DNA of 59,450 nt, counting the filler, from Catajapyx aquilonaris (lineage: Eukaryota): NCBI GenBank assembly GCA_000934665.2. It is 4 parts of 4 records of this genome, joined end to end, with 100 filler letters (N's around TTAATTAATTAA, not from the genome) between each part and the next. Parts side by side here need not be neighbours in the genome. Positions count along the whole stretch, not along the records: positions 14,883 to 29,662 come from JYFJ02007692.1; positions 29,763 to 44,584 come from JYFJ02007693.1; 2 more parts are not named here. One strand, written 5' to 3'. The position numbers were made by a program, and so were the translations under genes. Below, piece after piece: positions 27,302-39,000 of the stretch. The notes beneath the pieces were generated by a model. The model worked only from the letters and a program-made list of their open reading frames with translations, was not told the DNA's origin and ran no database searches. Each line of letters starts with the position of its first letter. Positions within the stretch are counted from its first letter, which is position 1.

Positions 27302-28018
27302 CAAAGGTGGGCATTAGCTCCTCTAATCAGCTAACAGCTAATAGTTGAACTAACTTTTCGGTAGCTGATTAGCTGTTTTCTCTAACTTTTCAGGCCACTA
27401 GCTGACTAATTAGCTCCCACTAAATTAGTGCCACACTGCAGCTAAATAAATTCAGCTAGCAAAATTCATTCGTGTTCCTGTCTCGCTGTCTGTTCCTTTT
27501 TAAAGTTGCATTGTTTCCAGGCAGGGATTAAAATAATCCAGGCAGGGATTAAAATAGTCCAGGCAGGGATTAAAATAGTCCAGTTTTACAGGGCTAGGTG
27601 CCGGATTGTAAACTCTCTGTCTACCTGACCAAAACTTATTTTCCGAGCACTTCGGTGCGCGGATTATATTATAGCTGCCAGTGTTTTAAATATAAATTTT
27701 GCCTTGCCTGTCTTTGTAGCGTTCTTCTGAGACAAATAAACTTTTTTCCTCTTTGGATTTGTTTATTACTTTTTGTACGGAACAGTAGCCTAAATAACTA
27801 AATCAGGCGTATGTGGCTGTAGCAATGCTCTCTAGGCTTTATCATGCAGCTTAGGTCTGTTTTTTAAGGGTCATGGACCAACAAAAAAAAGAAGTTAGCA
27901 TTAGCTTTAACTAATTTTCTAGCCATTTAGCATTAGCTATTTAGCAAATCCAACTTTTTGTAGTTAGCTTATCAGCTGTTAGAGAAGCTGATTTTTCGGT
28001 TAGCTGTGCCCACCTTTG
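27302..28018. mobile_element. hAT-like MITE with AGCTAA subterminal repeats
   Basis: TIR caaaggtgggca...tgcccacctttg, many agctaa/ttagct motifs, and an internal 21-bp unit ccaggcagggattaaaata(a/g)t x3 at ~27517-27583. No clear 8-bp TSD. Confidence 0.65.
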
Positions 28019-28468
28019 CCCCTAGGCCATGGCCTAGTGTGGCCTTATGGGTAATCCGCCACTGTGCATAACTAAGGTTTTAGTAGAGGCATCAAATAAA
28101 ATGTGAATAATCTATTGAGTGCATTTAAATCAAAGAAGCTGAGTAACAGAAAGTGAAAGGGAGTATTTGTTAATTTTTAAAACTGGGTGTAATCATTGTA
28201 TCAATGCCTATTTTCTTCAGACCCCTTTATTCCTGTGTTGTAGGCCTATAGCCACATTTTTGGTATCTTCTCTTGGACGATGACCTCCACAATCCAGAAT
28301 ATATTGTTCCCCCTAACAATTTTCCATCATTAAAAATCACCTTTGCTTGGAACTTCACCTACTGTAATAAAAAGACAATTCTATGTGATGCACCTAGAAA
28401 CCGATATTTAACTGGAGTTGATTGATCCGTGCGTTTGACTTTTTGTATAATTTATAAGAATGATTCTC

Positions 28469-29582
28469 ACAAGCAAAGTAACTTTTCTTACCCTCGTGGA
28501 TTTTGATAATTTTTATAAATTAAATTCTGCTTGGCCTGTAGTGTTGGGAAAACATCCCCTCAGCTGCTAAATTCCACGTTAGCAGGGTGAAAATCCAGCC
28601 TAAAGGCGATGTTCCGTAAGCCACAACACCAGCGTTCGGTCGCGAGGCGCTTTCCAGGCTGCCCGGTCACGCTCGTCCCGGCTGCCCTGTCGCGGTCGGC
28701 TTTCACCGCGTCTGCAGCTCTCTCCGGTGCCACGAAGGAGAAGGGTCATCTCGCACGCTTTGCAGTCGAAGGCGATTATAATAATGGAGAGCCAGGACAG
28801 GGGGCACAATACTACATAAGAGGCGCAAACATTCGATTCGCCTGTCTCTGTTTGATGGGGCCAACGGTGGCGGCCATTTTGAAGAGACTAGGCCAACGAG
28901 GTGTAAATAGGGTACAGGCAGGCCAAAGGTCTGCCATCTTTGATGGTTTTGGCGGCTGAATTTGAATCTTTTTGCCGTATGAGCTCCTTTAATGCATTTT
29001 TCTACGTATTAATTCCGTAAGTACGGCAAAAATATTCAAATTCGCCGGTGTTCTTGCCGTGAAGTGCCATGGCCGCCGCCAAAACAATCAAAGATGGCGA
29101 AGCTTTGGCCTGCCTGTACCCTATTTACACCTCGTTGGCATCTCTTCAAAATGGCCGCAACCGTTGGCCCAATGTTGACCCCATGGTTGGCCCCATCAAA
29201 CAGAGACAGGCGAATCGAATGTTTGCGCCTCTTATGTAGTATTATGCCCCCTGTCCTGGCTCTCCATTATTATAATCGCCTTCGACTGCAAAGCGTGCGA
29301 GATGACCCTTCTCCTTCGTGGCACAGGAGAGAGCTACAGACGCGGTGAAAGGCGACCGCGACCGGGCAGCCGGGACGAGCGTGACCGGGCAGCCTGGAAA
29401 GCGCCTCGTGACCGAACGCTGGTGTTGTGGCTTACGGAACATCGCCTTTAGGCTGGATTTTCACCCTGCTAACGTGGAATTTAGCAGCTGAGGGGATGTT
29501 TTCCCAACACTACAGGCCAAGCAGAATTTAATTTATAAAAATTATCAAAATCCACGAGGGTAAGAAAAGTTACTTTGCTTGT
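28469..29582. mobile_element. 1.1-kb near-perfect palindromic (foldback) element
   Basis: acaagcaaagtaacttttcttaccctcgtgg... / ...ccacgagggtaagaaaagttactttgcttgt. Arms are ~500 bp with few mismatches. TSD not resolved. Confidence 0.8.
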
Positions 29583-29662
29583 CAGATGTGTTGTAACACA
29601 ACTGCCCAGTTTTATTGGGCATTTTTCTCCTCTAAGGGGCCGTCCATAATCCGCGCGGACAA

Positions 29663-29762
29663 NNNNNNNNNNNNNNNNNNNNNNNNNNNNNNNNNNNNNN
29701 NNNNNNTTAATTAATTAANNNNNNNNNNNNNNNNNNNNNNNNNNNNNNNNNNNNNNNNNNNN
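29663..29762. other. Artificial contig spacer (N44-TTAATTAATTAA-N44)
   Basis: Exactly 100 nt, same design as 14783-14882. Confidence 0.98.
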
Positions 29763-29862
29763 TACCCCTAGTGATACCCCTGGGGCATATGTGGAGGCCT
29801 CCGTATGGATCTGTTTAGGTCACACCAAGGGACATACGTCTTGAAATATATATTAGATGATG

Positions 29863-29934
<72 letters not shown>

Positions 29935-29948
29935 GTTGTTGTTGTTGT
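29863..29948. repeat. (TAT)n then (TGT)n compound microsatellite
   Basis: Read directly from the sequence. Confidence 0.95.
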
Positions 29949-30207
29949 TTTTTTTATTTTTATTTTTACTTGAACACCATCCAGCATTGGGATTTTTTAT
30001 TATTTTAGGGGGGTATTTAGGGGGAAATGGTTCATTTAATGTATTTCATATCACATCACAGTTTTAAGATTTCAAAGCTGATGAAACAGTGCCAGCATCG
30101 CGATCATGCAAACTAATTTTTGAAAATATTGTGCAATCAACGTTCCCAAATGTTATGACAGCATTAAGAATTTATCAGTGCCTGATCACTAACGCTACAG
30201 GTGAACA

Positions 30208-30992
30208 AATGCCATTTGGGCTATATTAGCGGGCTTTTTCTTTCGGCCGAGACTGGCATATTTCCCCTCTGTCCATAAAATTGTTGTTACAGTCAATCAA
30301 ATTTTGGAGGAAACTTGGAGCTCGACCCAACACTACCTTGTGTTCTCAGGCTATGCAGTATCTGATTTCTGCAAACTCATTGCACAAAGACTTGTCGTTC
30401 AATTGGTACACAATGCTGCTACAAAAAATTATTGCACCGTATGGTTTAGCTCTGGAAGATCTGGAATCGATGAATGTATTACAAGCTCCAAATCGTATGG
30501 AACTTTTCCATCACAGCTGGGACTTAGAAAGAATAAATAACTCCTTAGTATATGGACCAGTACAAGAGGTCACGCCTTCCATAGAACAATACTTCTCTTT
30601 CAACTTGACCTTATCTCATTTGCAGCTGTGGCTCAATTTAAGAAACAACTCGAAATCTGTTTGGATGGCAGGCCATAAGGTTGCGTTTTCTTTGGATCAG
30701 TATTATGATTGGTGCAATATGAGTCAGGTTTTTTCTTGTTACCATCTTATGTTTGAATGCCCAATATTCAATACGCCTCGCAGTCAGTATCTGAGCAATG
30801 TCATACATTACCTTCCAAATTGTTTTCACCTGACATTCTATGAACGCACTAAATTGAACATTTTTGATGTATCTAATTTTTGTATGTATGTGGGAAAATA
30901 CATGTCCATGTGTTCTGTATGAGGTTGTGTCCCCTATAGGAGCAATGCTCCACAATGGGGTATTAAAAACAAACAAACACACAAACAAACAA
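30208..30992 (+). mobile_element. 5'-truncated non-LTR retrotransposon (post-RT region and zinc knuckle)
   Basis: ETGIFPLSIKLLLQSIKFWRKL...DWCNMSQVFSCYHLMFECPIFNTPRSQYL, followed by an (aaac)n tail at ~30968-30992. Confidence 0.8.
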
Positions 30993-30993
30993 C

Positions 30994-31100
30994 CATATGT
31001 GCTATATTTCCCACATTATAACAAAAATTGTGACTGGGTCACAAAAAGGGCTTACGTCACCGGAGGAAGAACTTCTTGCACGTCGCCGTCTTAGGGTTAA
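30994..31100. mobile_element. piggyBac-type element end (copy 1; copy 2 at ~37900-38008)
   Basis: catatgtgctatatttccca...cttgcacgtc(g/a)cc(g/a)tc(t/c)taggg|TTAA is shared by both copies. Confidence 0.6.
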
Positions 31101-31393
31101 TAAGCACTACCCGTAAGCAATGGATGTGGTGGGGATCATCCCAACTTGAATATCAACATTTGCACTGAGCAAGGTGGGGCGATTTGCATGTTGGGTGTAC
31201 CCATCATGACGGCGACATATATGGAGGGGGTCTCACTTAAAGGCCCAATCTTCCGTAGTATTATACTAGCCAACAGAACTGATATGGCCACATGTAGTTC
31301 ACATGTAGGGCTACAACATACGTGAAAACCAGCAGAAAAAAAGTGTCATAATATTAAAAATTAAATGTTTAAAATTTGCAATTTCAATCTTTT

Positions 31394-31881
31394 AAGGGGG
31401 GATAAAGAGAATTTGGGAGTAAAGTTCTCGCTAACTAACAACAGCAGAACCGATCTTTTTTTTGTGTAAGTGTAACTGACCTCTCTCTTGCACATGTACA
31501 CTGTACTTTTCCCAAATTCTTAATGTAGTATTATAAAAAGTCATTTGCATTCGGGAGTAATTTACGCAGTCGTAAAATTTTAAGTTATGTCGTAACAAGC
31601 ACCCAAAAATGCGGAAAAATGAGGTGCTCCTGACCAACAAAGCCGATTTTTATAATTAACTATAACTTTTCGGCAAATAATAATTTTGTTAAAATTTGAC
31701 TGATTTGAGAACTACTAGAAGTTGGGGGAACCCTAATTTTCACGGTTTTTATTGTGCCTCGAGGGAATGGTCAACCGCAAAAGCGTCCTTTCTTTTGTGT
31801 AGAGAGGGTGGGATCCACTGTCTCCTCTTTCGGCCAGAGTTGGAACTCGAAGAAGGTCCTGCTTTTCTTTATCCCAGCCTT
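31394..31881. mobile_element. Dispersed ~490-bp MITE (copy 1; copy 2 at 50912-51392)
   Basis: TIR aaggggggataaaga...tctttatcccagcctt with T/A-rich flanks. Long shared blocks with 50912-51392, e.g. aaaatttgactgatttgagaactactagaagttgggggaaccctaattttcac. Confidence 0.85.
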
Positions 31882-32339
31882 AACACAAAAATGTGAAATT
31901 TTAAAATTAACCGTAGAATACGATTATATCAACCTTTCTGAGTAAGGGCTGCAAAATGAACGCCCGCCTGGAAAGTTGCAGCCGCAAAAGTGTTTACGTT
32001 ACCTTGGTTACCTGCGGTTTGCGGGAGGGAGCGAAAACGAACACCCTTGCAGGTTGCAAGTCGGCCTGCAGATTGCAGACTTGCAGCCACAAGTTGCAGG
32101 CAGGTTGAGGGGTCCCGCAAGTGACTTGCAGTCGGGTTTGTAGTGGGGAAATCTTCACTTGGACACTATACTGATCACTTTTGGTCCGGGTACATTTTCG
32201 GCGGGAGAGTTCTGAGCGACCACGGAAGTGTCTTCGAACGCCCCACGTAGATTCTTCGTCGTGGGGTACCTTTATTGCGACGGTATACCAAATTTGGTGA
32301 TAAGAAAAGTGACCCACGAACTTGCAACACCCTGTACAA

Positions 32340-32890
32340 CTAATATAATGTAATAGTATATGGCTGATATAACCAATATAGCTAGTATGATTGCTTTATT
32401 GGTTATAGCCAGTATGATGGATACACAGGGTGTTCGAAATTCGTGGCTCGTTTTTATATTAGTTATTATTTGTAGCTTGTTGTGCCCCAAACCAGATGGC
32501 CCATTCTATAGCAACTCGACCCCCTGGGAGTAAAATGGAGAACAAATAGCTACAAAAATAACTACTATTGGGTGATATCAGTTATAAAAACCTACCCACG
32601 AATTTCGATCACCCTGTATAACCAATAAACCTGTATGACAATATAACTGAGTTATATTGGTTATTATTGTAGTTGTATGTTAAGCACATTGGTTATAACT
32701 TGTATGATGTAACCAATGTAACCAGTATGCAGTATGTCTGATATAACCATTATAACAACAGTAGTATGATAGTTATATTAGTTATATGACTAACATAGCC
32801 AATGTAACTATGGTAGTGTGATAGTAATATATTGGTAATAACTAGTATGTGTGATGTAACCAATATAACTACTATGGAATAACTGATATC
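32340..32890. repeat. Degenerate ATAACCAAT/ATAACTAG minisatellite, interrupted by a MITE
   Basis: Repeated taaccaat, ataacta and gtatga motifs in both orientations. Confidence 0.6.
32425..32616. mobile_element. Tc1/mariner-type MITE (related copy at ~38864-39084)
   Basis: cagggtgttcgaaattcgtgg...ccacgaatttcgatcaccctg|TA. Confidence 0.7.
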
Positions 32891-34555
32891 ACAATGCAGT
32901 TTCGCACCAAATGTCAGGCAAAAAAAAAATCTGGGGCTTGTTCCTATCAGTTATTATAGCTACCTCTAAATACACTGTCTGCCAAAATAGCCGCGTTCAA
33001 ACTCGCAGCCCGGGTCTGAATAATCCCATATTGTTATAACTTGGTGGGACCAAATTGTATCAAGATATTGTGCTTTATCTTTGACTGGACGACTGACAAT
33101 GGATGACGATGAAAAATTGTGACCATGTACATTATTGGGCTGTCATTGGATGGCGGGCGGCTCTGGACCATAATATATTCTGTGATAATTATATGAAAGA
33201 TATATGTGATGATGATGATGATGGTAGTGGTGGTGTTACACTGAACACCTATCCCCATAATGCTTACATTAAGTCAAGGTGGGATGGAGGGCCCATATTC
33301 AAAGCTGAAAGATCCGCATATATGAAGAATGCTACAGAGATAATTTTGTGCTGCAGGTTCAGATAGCCACATTTAGAGCTTCTCTCTCACACTCCAGCAT
33401 GTCCCCAGAGACGATGGACCTGCACCGAACAGTTAGTTATGGTTTAAAGTCTACCGCAAAAAATAATGATAATTATCCGAGCACAATTAACCGCAATTGT
33501 AGGCATAAAACTACCTGCGTCCATGCAGCCCGCCATATAAGCGGCAGGCAGGAGAGGTGAACATCTGTCGACAGCAGTGCCGCCTGGCGGTGCGGCGTTC
33601 GATTTTTTGGGAGGCTGAGCTTTTCCATTGGAGGGATACCCTATCGGCATACTAGTTTATTCTAGGTACTATAACAATGGGTACAACAATCGTGACGTCA
33701 TGATATGACTTCCCTCCGGGTCGATTTCCGTATTTCCAAACCTGCCTACTTGCAGGCCGACCGCAACATTTGCAACCGCACGAAAACAGTGTTCTTTTTA
33801 GCTCGCACCGTAACCATGGCGACGAAACGCAGGTAACTTGTTTACTGCAAGTACTTGCAGGCGGGCGTTCATTTTACAGCCCTAAGTTGATATCAAAAGC
33901 ACATCTGTCTCACGATTACTTGCGGAGAAACAGCCAAAAGATAAATGGCTCTCAAAGAAAAGGCTCAAAATTACCACCCCCCAAAAAACGGGTAAAAATC
34001 AAAATATTTCAAAACGCTTTGGTACAATGTTTTAGCAGTGCTAGGTCACCATAACCTGTGAATATCATTCAAATCCACCACATCAAGGGTACAAAGGGGG
34101 CCCCACTGTCATGGAATGACCCTTATTTATTATTATTATAACTCGAAGTTTTTTCCCGGTCCTATGGAGATTCCACTTATGGAAGTTTTAGTGTACATTA
34201 TCTTAAGTACTGTATGTGTTTTATATTTTCTATGGCTTTTTATAGCTTTTTATGGTATATTTCAACTCGTCATAAAACATGTTTGATTTAGGTTACATTT
34301 TTAGGCTTAAGACGCTAGTCATTAATTTGATAATTTGTGTATTTCGGTTATCATTAAGTAAAAAGGCATAATAATTTGATATGAGCCGACAGGTATCACT
34401 CAAATTGAATAGCTTTCACTCTGTGCCTCATTAAGAGTGGGTAAATGCAATTTTTTGACAAATTTTAAGTGTACAGTAACGTAACTTTATGGTAGTAAAT
34501 ACATACTATACATAATAGACTGCACATAAGGTATGTACTGTAGTACATTGATGTA

Positions 34556-34766
34556 CACCCGCGAGCATAAAGATGGAGACGGCAGGCCCTCACCTTCGGC
34601 AGGCTGCTCTGCCAATTGCAGCTATTACGGTATCAAATATACTGTCATAAATACACGAACACACGCCTGATGCAGCTAAGTCGGTCCAAGAAGTGTTCAT
34701 TAATTTGAGTCGGATAAAGAAAGGTCAAGAAAGGGCCTGCCGTCTCCATCTTTATGCTCGCGGGGG
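34556..34766. mobile_element. Tc1/mariner-type MITE (copy 1; copy 2 at 54911-55123)
   Basis: TA|cacccgcgagcataaagatggagacggcaggccct...agggcctgccgtctccatctttatgctcgcggggg|TA. Confidence 0.9.
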
Positions 34767-34991
34767 TACATAGCAGATGTGTCCTTCTTTTTGGAAATTT
34801 GGAAATGGCCACCGTAGGGCTGGGTGGTTGCACCAGCCAGCAGGGTGCGGAGAGTGGCCGGTGGAGTGGGGGAGAAGGGGGAGAAGGAAGGAGGAGACGA
34901 GAGAGAATCAAAAGTGTGGTTGTGCCCGACGGATGCTAAGGGAATAAACCCAAGGTATACCCTATCTGCTGTTGTTATTATTGCAAAGAAC

Positions 34992-34997
<6 letters not shown>

Positions 34998-35057
<60 letters not shown>

Positions 35058-35184
35058 ATTCATACCCCGTTATCAGCCAGCGGCTCTTTAGGGGGAGAGT
35101 TCATCCCAATTTTGTTTTGACTGGAACTCTTTGCTTTCATTTTTACTTTGCTTTTTGGGATAGGATAGGGACGGAAGGAAATGA
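34998..35184 (-). mobile_element. 5'-truncated SINE with (TAG)n tail
   Basis: Body matches ~41275-41400. TSD caaagaacctacta at 34984-34997 and 35185-35198. Confidence 0.85.
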
Positions 35185-36056
35185 CAAAGAACCTACTAAG
35201 CACTAAGGACAAAGGGAGGGTGACAACATGACATCAATGATGCTTGCCTGCAAAAAATTAGGAGCAGTTATGATTGGTATGCTTGGGGAAATTAAGCTCC
35301 TGCAAAATAAAAATGCCAGGGGAGAGAAAATAACTGAACCATTAAACTCCTCAAAGCCCCAGTATCATCAATGATATATCACAGGATCACTGGTGGAATG
35401 CAGGTTCTAAATTTTTACCTGGGTTGTGGTTAGAAAGTAGTAGTTGGGACCCCAGGTGTCATTCTTGATACCTTTCCCTCTGCACAAATGATTTGCTATT
35501 TTGATTTTTCTGCAAGAGGCAGCAATGGATATTACTAAAACAACTGGTGACAGGTGAGAATTTCCTGATTTCACCTGGGGTCCAAGGAGGCTGTACAGTG
35601 TTTCAAGTAAACAACAAACTAGAACCCATAAGGCAAACATTTATTTCTATAAAGATATGTTATATGAGGTCAAGGCGAGTCCATGAGATCAAAGTTAAGG
35701 ACACCATGTATAATGCTAAAATGAAAGATGGACAAGGATGACAATATTTGCTATGACTAGTAAAACATGCGAACAATCAGTTGAAGAAATAATATGTTAA
35801 AAGTAACTAAAATTCCCTTTTCACATCACCAAGGGTCCTACTACAAAGTAATATCAGCAAAATGAAAAAGGTCCAAATCTCCACAACATGGGGCTAGGCC
35901 TGGTGTGAGTATTCCATATGAATTCCAATCCTACGGTTTTTAAAGTATTAACTCTCATGTCATTTATAATTATTAAATGTTTAATTAAAAAATTCACAAG
36001 GCTAGCAGTAAATTGAGCAGTTTTATCCAACTTGAGTGATAGTCTTCCTACAATAT

Positions 36057-39000
36057 TCATTTTTTCTCTTTAACATTCTCGGTCAGGAGACATTTCTGAT
36101 TTGGTGTCATTGATGCAGACGGATGGAAGAAACTGGTACTGCTACAGCTTGCCTCAGAAGCCAGAGATGATTGGAAAACCCTGAAATACATAAATTTTAG
36201 TTACTTGACAACTCCAAATCTTTAATTATAATGTGACAATGCATGAACAAGCTTGTACTCTTTATGAGAAGTAGCCATTCACCCACATTGCATGAAACTC
36301 ATTACAAATAAATCAAGTCACAAGGACAGAAAGGTTGTATAGCAGTTAGCAGTTGGTAGGCTATGCAGAGATATATTTGTCATTTGTTCATTGGTAAAAT
36401 AATGGCAGAACCATCTGGTATTAAGTTATTTAAAAATCTGACCTTGCTGATGTTGAAGCTCCAGAAGATGCTTCATCTATGCCAGTGGCATTGGAACTGA
36501 AAAGAAGATCCAACGTAATTATTAATAAATAAAGGCAATTTCAAAAATATATTAAAATACTTTTGATTTATACAAATTATAACGTACTTGGGTTCTTCAT
36601 GCTCAGGGGACGAGTGCTTTTGTGAAGGGGTTCCTGTAAAACACAAGCTTCAAAATACATGTGCTTCAAGTTAAAAAATTAATTATTAAACAGTCATAAG
36701 CCCTACCTTGTATTTGGGTCTTTACTGCTTCTTTCAGGAATGGCTTATTCCAAAGATCAATGTAATGCTCCAAACACTTGCGATTTGCATCAGTCATTTT
36801 CTTGTTCACTTCGGGGTGCAAATATTTTAAGCTACAAATAGTAATATAAATTAGTTCTCATGATCTAGTAATGCCCTAACCCTGATGGTAAAAAAAATGA
36901 TAATCTACCAACTTACAATATTACTTCCATACTTTTGGGTAGCTCCCCACACATTGAGGAAAGGACATCTAAAAATGGAATCTTGGAGACATTACTCGAG
37001 TCTGAAGTGCTTGCCAGGGCATAGGTGACACCATCTTTCATGAAAGCTCTTGCTTCTGCCTGATACTGGCAATTTATAGGGAAGAATTCAGCCAAGTCAG
37101 ACGCCAAGTCCTGAAAAGCCACGAGTAATATTGTATCATATACCGTAGAACGGGGTGAGATTGTGACAGCCCATATTTTGGACAACGGTCCACCTTACCA
37201 CGAATTTTACTTGTCATTGCCAACCTTGACCATCCCTTGATGTAGTGAAACATGCCAATATTCGCTAGTTTACATCTGCTGCCACTGTTGTCCAATAATT
37301 AATGAGCTGGCACAATCTCACCCCATTTTGTGGTATTAATACTGATACTGATTATAGAGTGTTTTTGGAGAATAACAGTCAAGAAAATCATCTGAGCTTT
37401 ACATTCTTTAACACTCGGACGGTGACGTGGGCACTTTTTGTGACCAACCCCCCTATTTTCGCTATAACAATGAAAATGTACCACATCCGAGCTTCATCTT
37501 TTAGGACATCTTAGTTTGATTCCTTTTGTAATTAATGGAATTTAGTTTAAATTTTTAGAGTAAATAGCATGATCAGGAAAAAAATAATTATGTACCGATG
37601 GGGCTAAGGCTGCATTTCATCAATTCCTCCTTTACAGTGGTGGGACCTGAGCTTATTAGTACTGATAAGCTCAGGTCCCCCTCTGGAAGGCTTAGTGATT
37701 CATGAAGCCAGCTCCGGTTTTGGGCATTGGAAAGGAAACCGGTTTGGCCTCTCAGGTGACCCTCGTGCATTATGGCCCCAAATATGCATCAGTGCATAAT
37801 TGATTTTTTTTACGATCGTACTATCTGCTCAAAAATTATAAACTTAATGCCATTCATCGCAGAAGGAATAAACCCAAGATTGTTTCAAAGATGAAGTCCA
37901 TATGTGCTATATTTCCCAAGTTATAACAAAAATTGTGACATGGTCACAAAAAGTGCTCGCGTCACCGGAGGAAGAAGAACTTCTTGCACGTCACCATCCT
38001 AGGGTTAATTATGAAAACTGAATGTTTTATTAAATATTGCAATATAATTTTCATAACACATGTTGAGTAGAGCTCTGCCCTAATCATTGCTTTTGTTAAA
38101 TGAAAAAGTCAAAATGGGACCTTTGTTGCAATAATCTACACACTCTATTTTTCAATGTGATTCTATTTATTACCTTTGATTTGTCTAGTGCCGACTGGCT
38201 GCCAGGATTTGCCTCATTTTCAGTATCAAATTTTACTATCAAAGACTGAAGGGCAATTTTAGAAAAGCGCCTGAAGTCCTTCTGGGCAATCTCAGCCAGG
38301 GCTTTCTTCATAAAGTTGTCATAGACTCGATGCACCTGTATTTAATAAGTTTTGTTTTAAAGTTGTGCCTACGTCATAATAACATTCAAATTACTACTTG
38401 CAAATATGTGAGATTTTACCTGGCCATAATGCTGAAATATCTTTGCAACACTTTGCTCGGAAAACATCCCACGTGCCACAAGATTACAAGCCCTGTAAAA
38501 CATCCCCTTTTCTTCTTCATGCTGTTCTTTGCTACAAAGTTGATTCTCTGTAAATCAATAAGTAATAAGTGAATAAGTAATCATTATTGAAGTATTTTAC
38601 TTGATGCAGGTAGTAAACTGAGCAAACGTGAACCTCACCTTTTTTGTCACAGATGAAGTGTGCTGCCGCTTTTGATGAAAGTTCAGCCCACTTCTGGACT
38701 AGAATGTCTTTCAGGGAGTCATTTGGAGTTATGACCATATTTTCCAGGTGTGAATATTGTTCCGCATCGTATTTGAATTTTTCAACAAGCTTGCAGGTAG
38801 TTATGAAAGCCTAGATTAATTCAAGACACATCATTACCCAACCAGTCCCATTTCTTTCCTTTACAGGGTGTTACAAATTCGTGGGCCCTTTTAGTTAGAG
38901 GAAGTTTTGCTGAAAGCTGTAATTTTTTTGTAGCTTCTTGTTTCCCGATCCAGGTGACCTATTCCATAGCCACTGCTACACTCGACCACCTAACTTGATC

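Larger units (their letters stand above)
31946..33882. mobile_element. Non-autonomous PIF/Harbinger-like element containing nested MITEs and a minisatellite
   Basis: TAA|gggctgcaaaatgaacgcccgcctg...caggcgggcgttcattttacagccc|TAA. Confidence 0.8.

Noticed and set aside
28600..29442. Mirror-image ORFs MFRKPQHQRSV...
   Set aside because: By-product of the palindrome; the arms differ by frame-changing indels and no protein family is recognisable.
29805..30008. Poly-Tyr ORF, also poly-Leu at 34824 and poly-Asn at 41221
   Set aside because: Translations of microsatellites or SINE tails.
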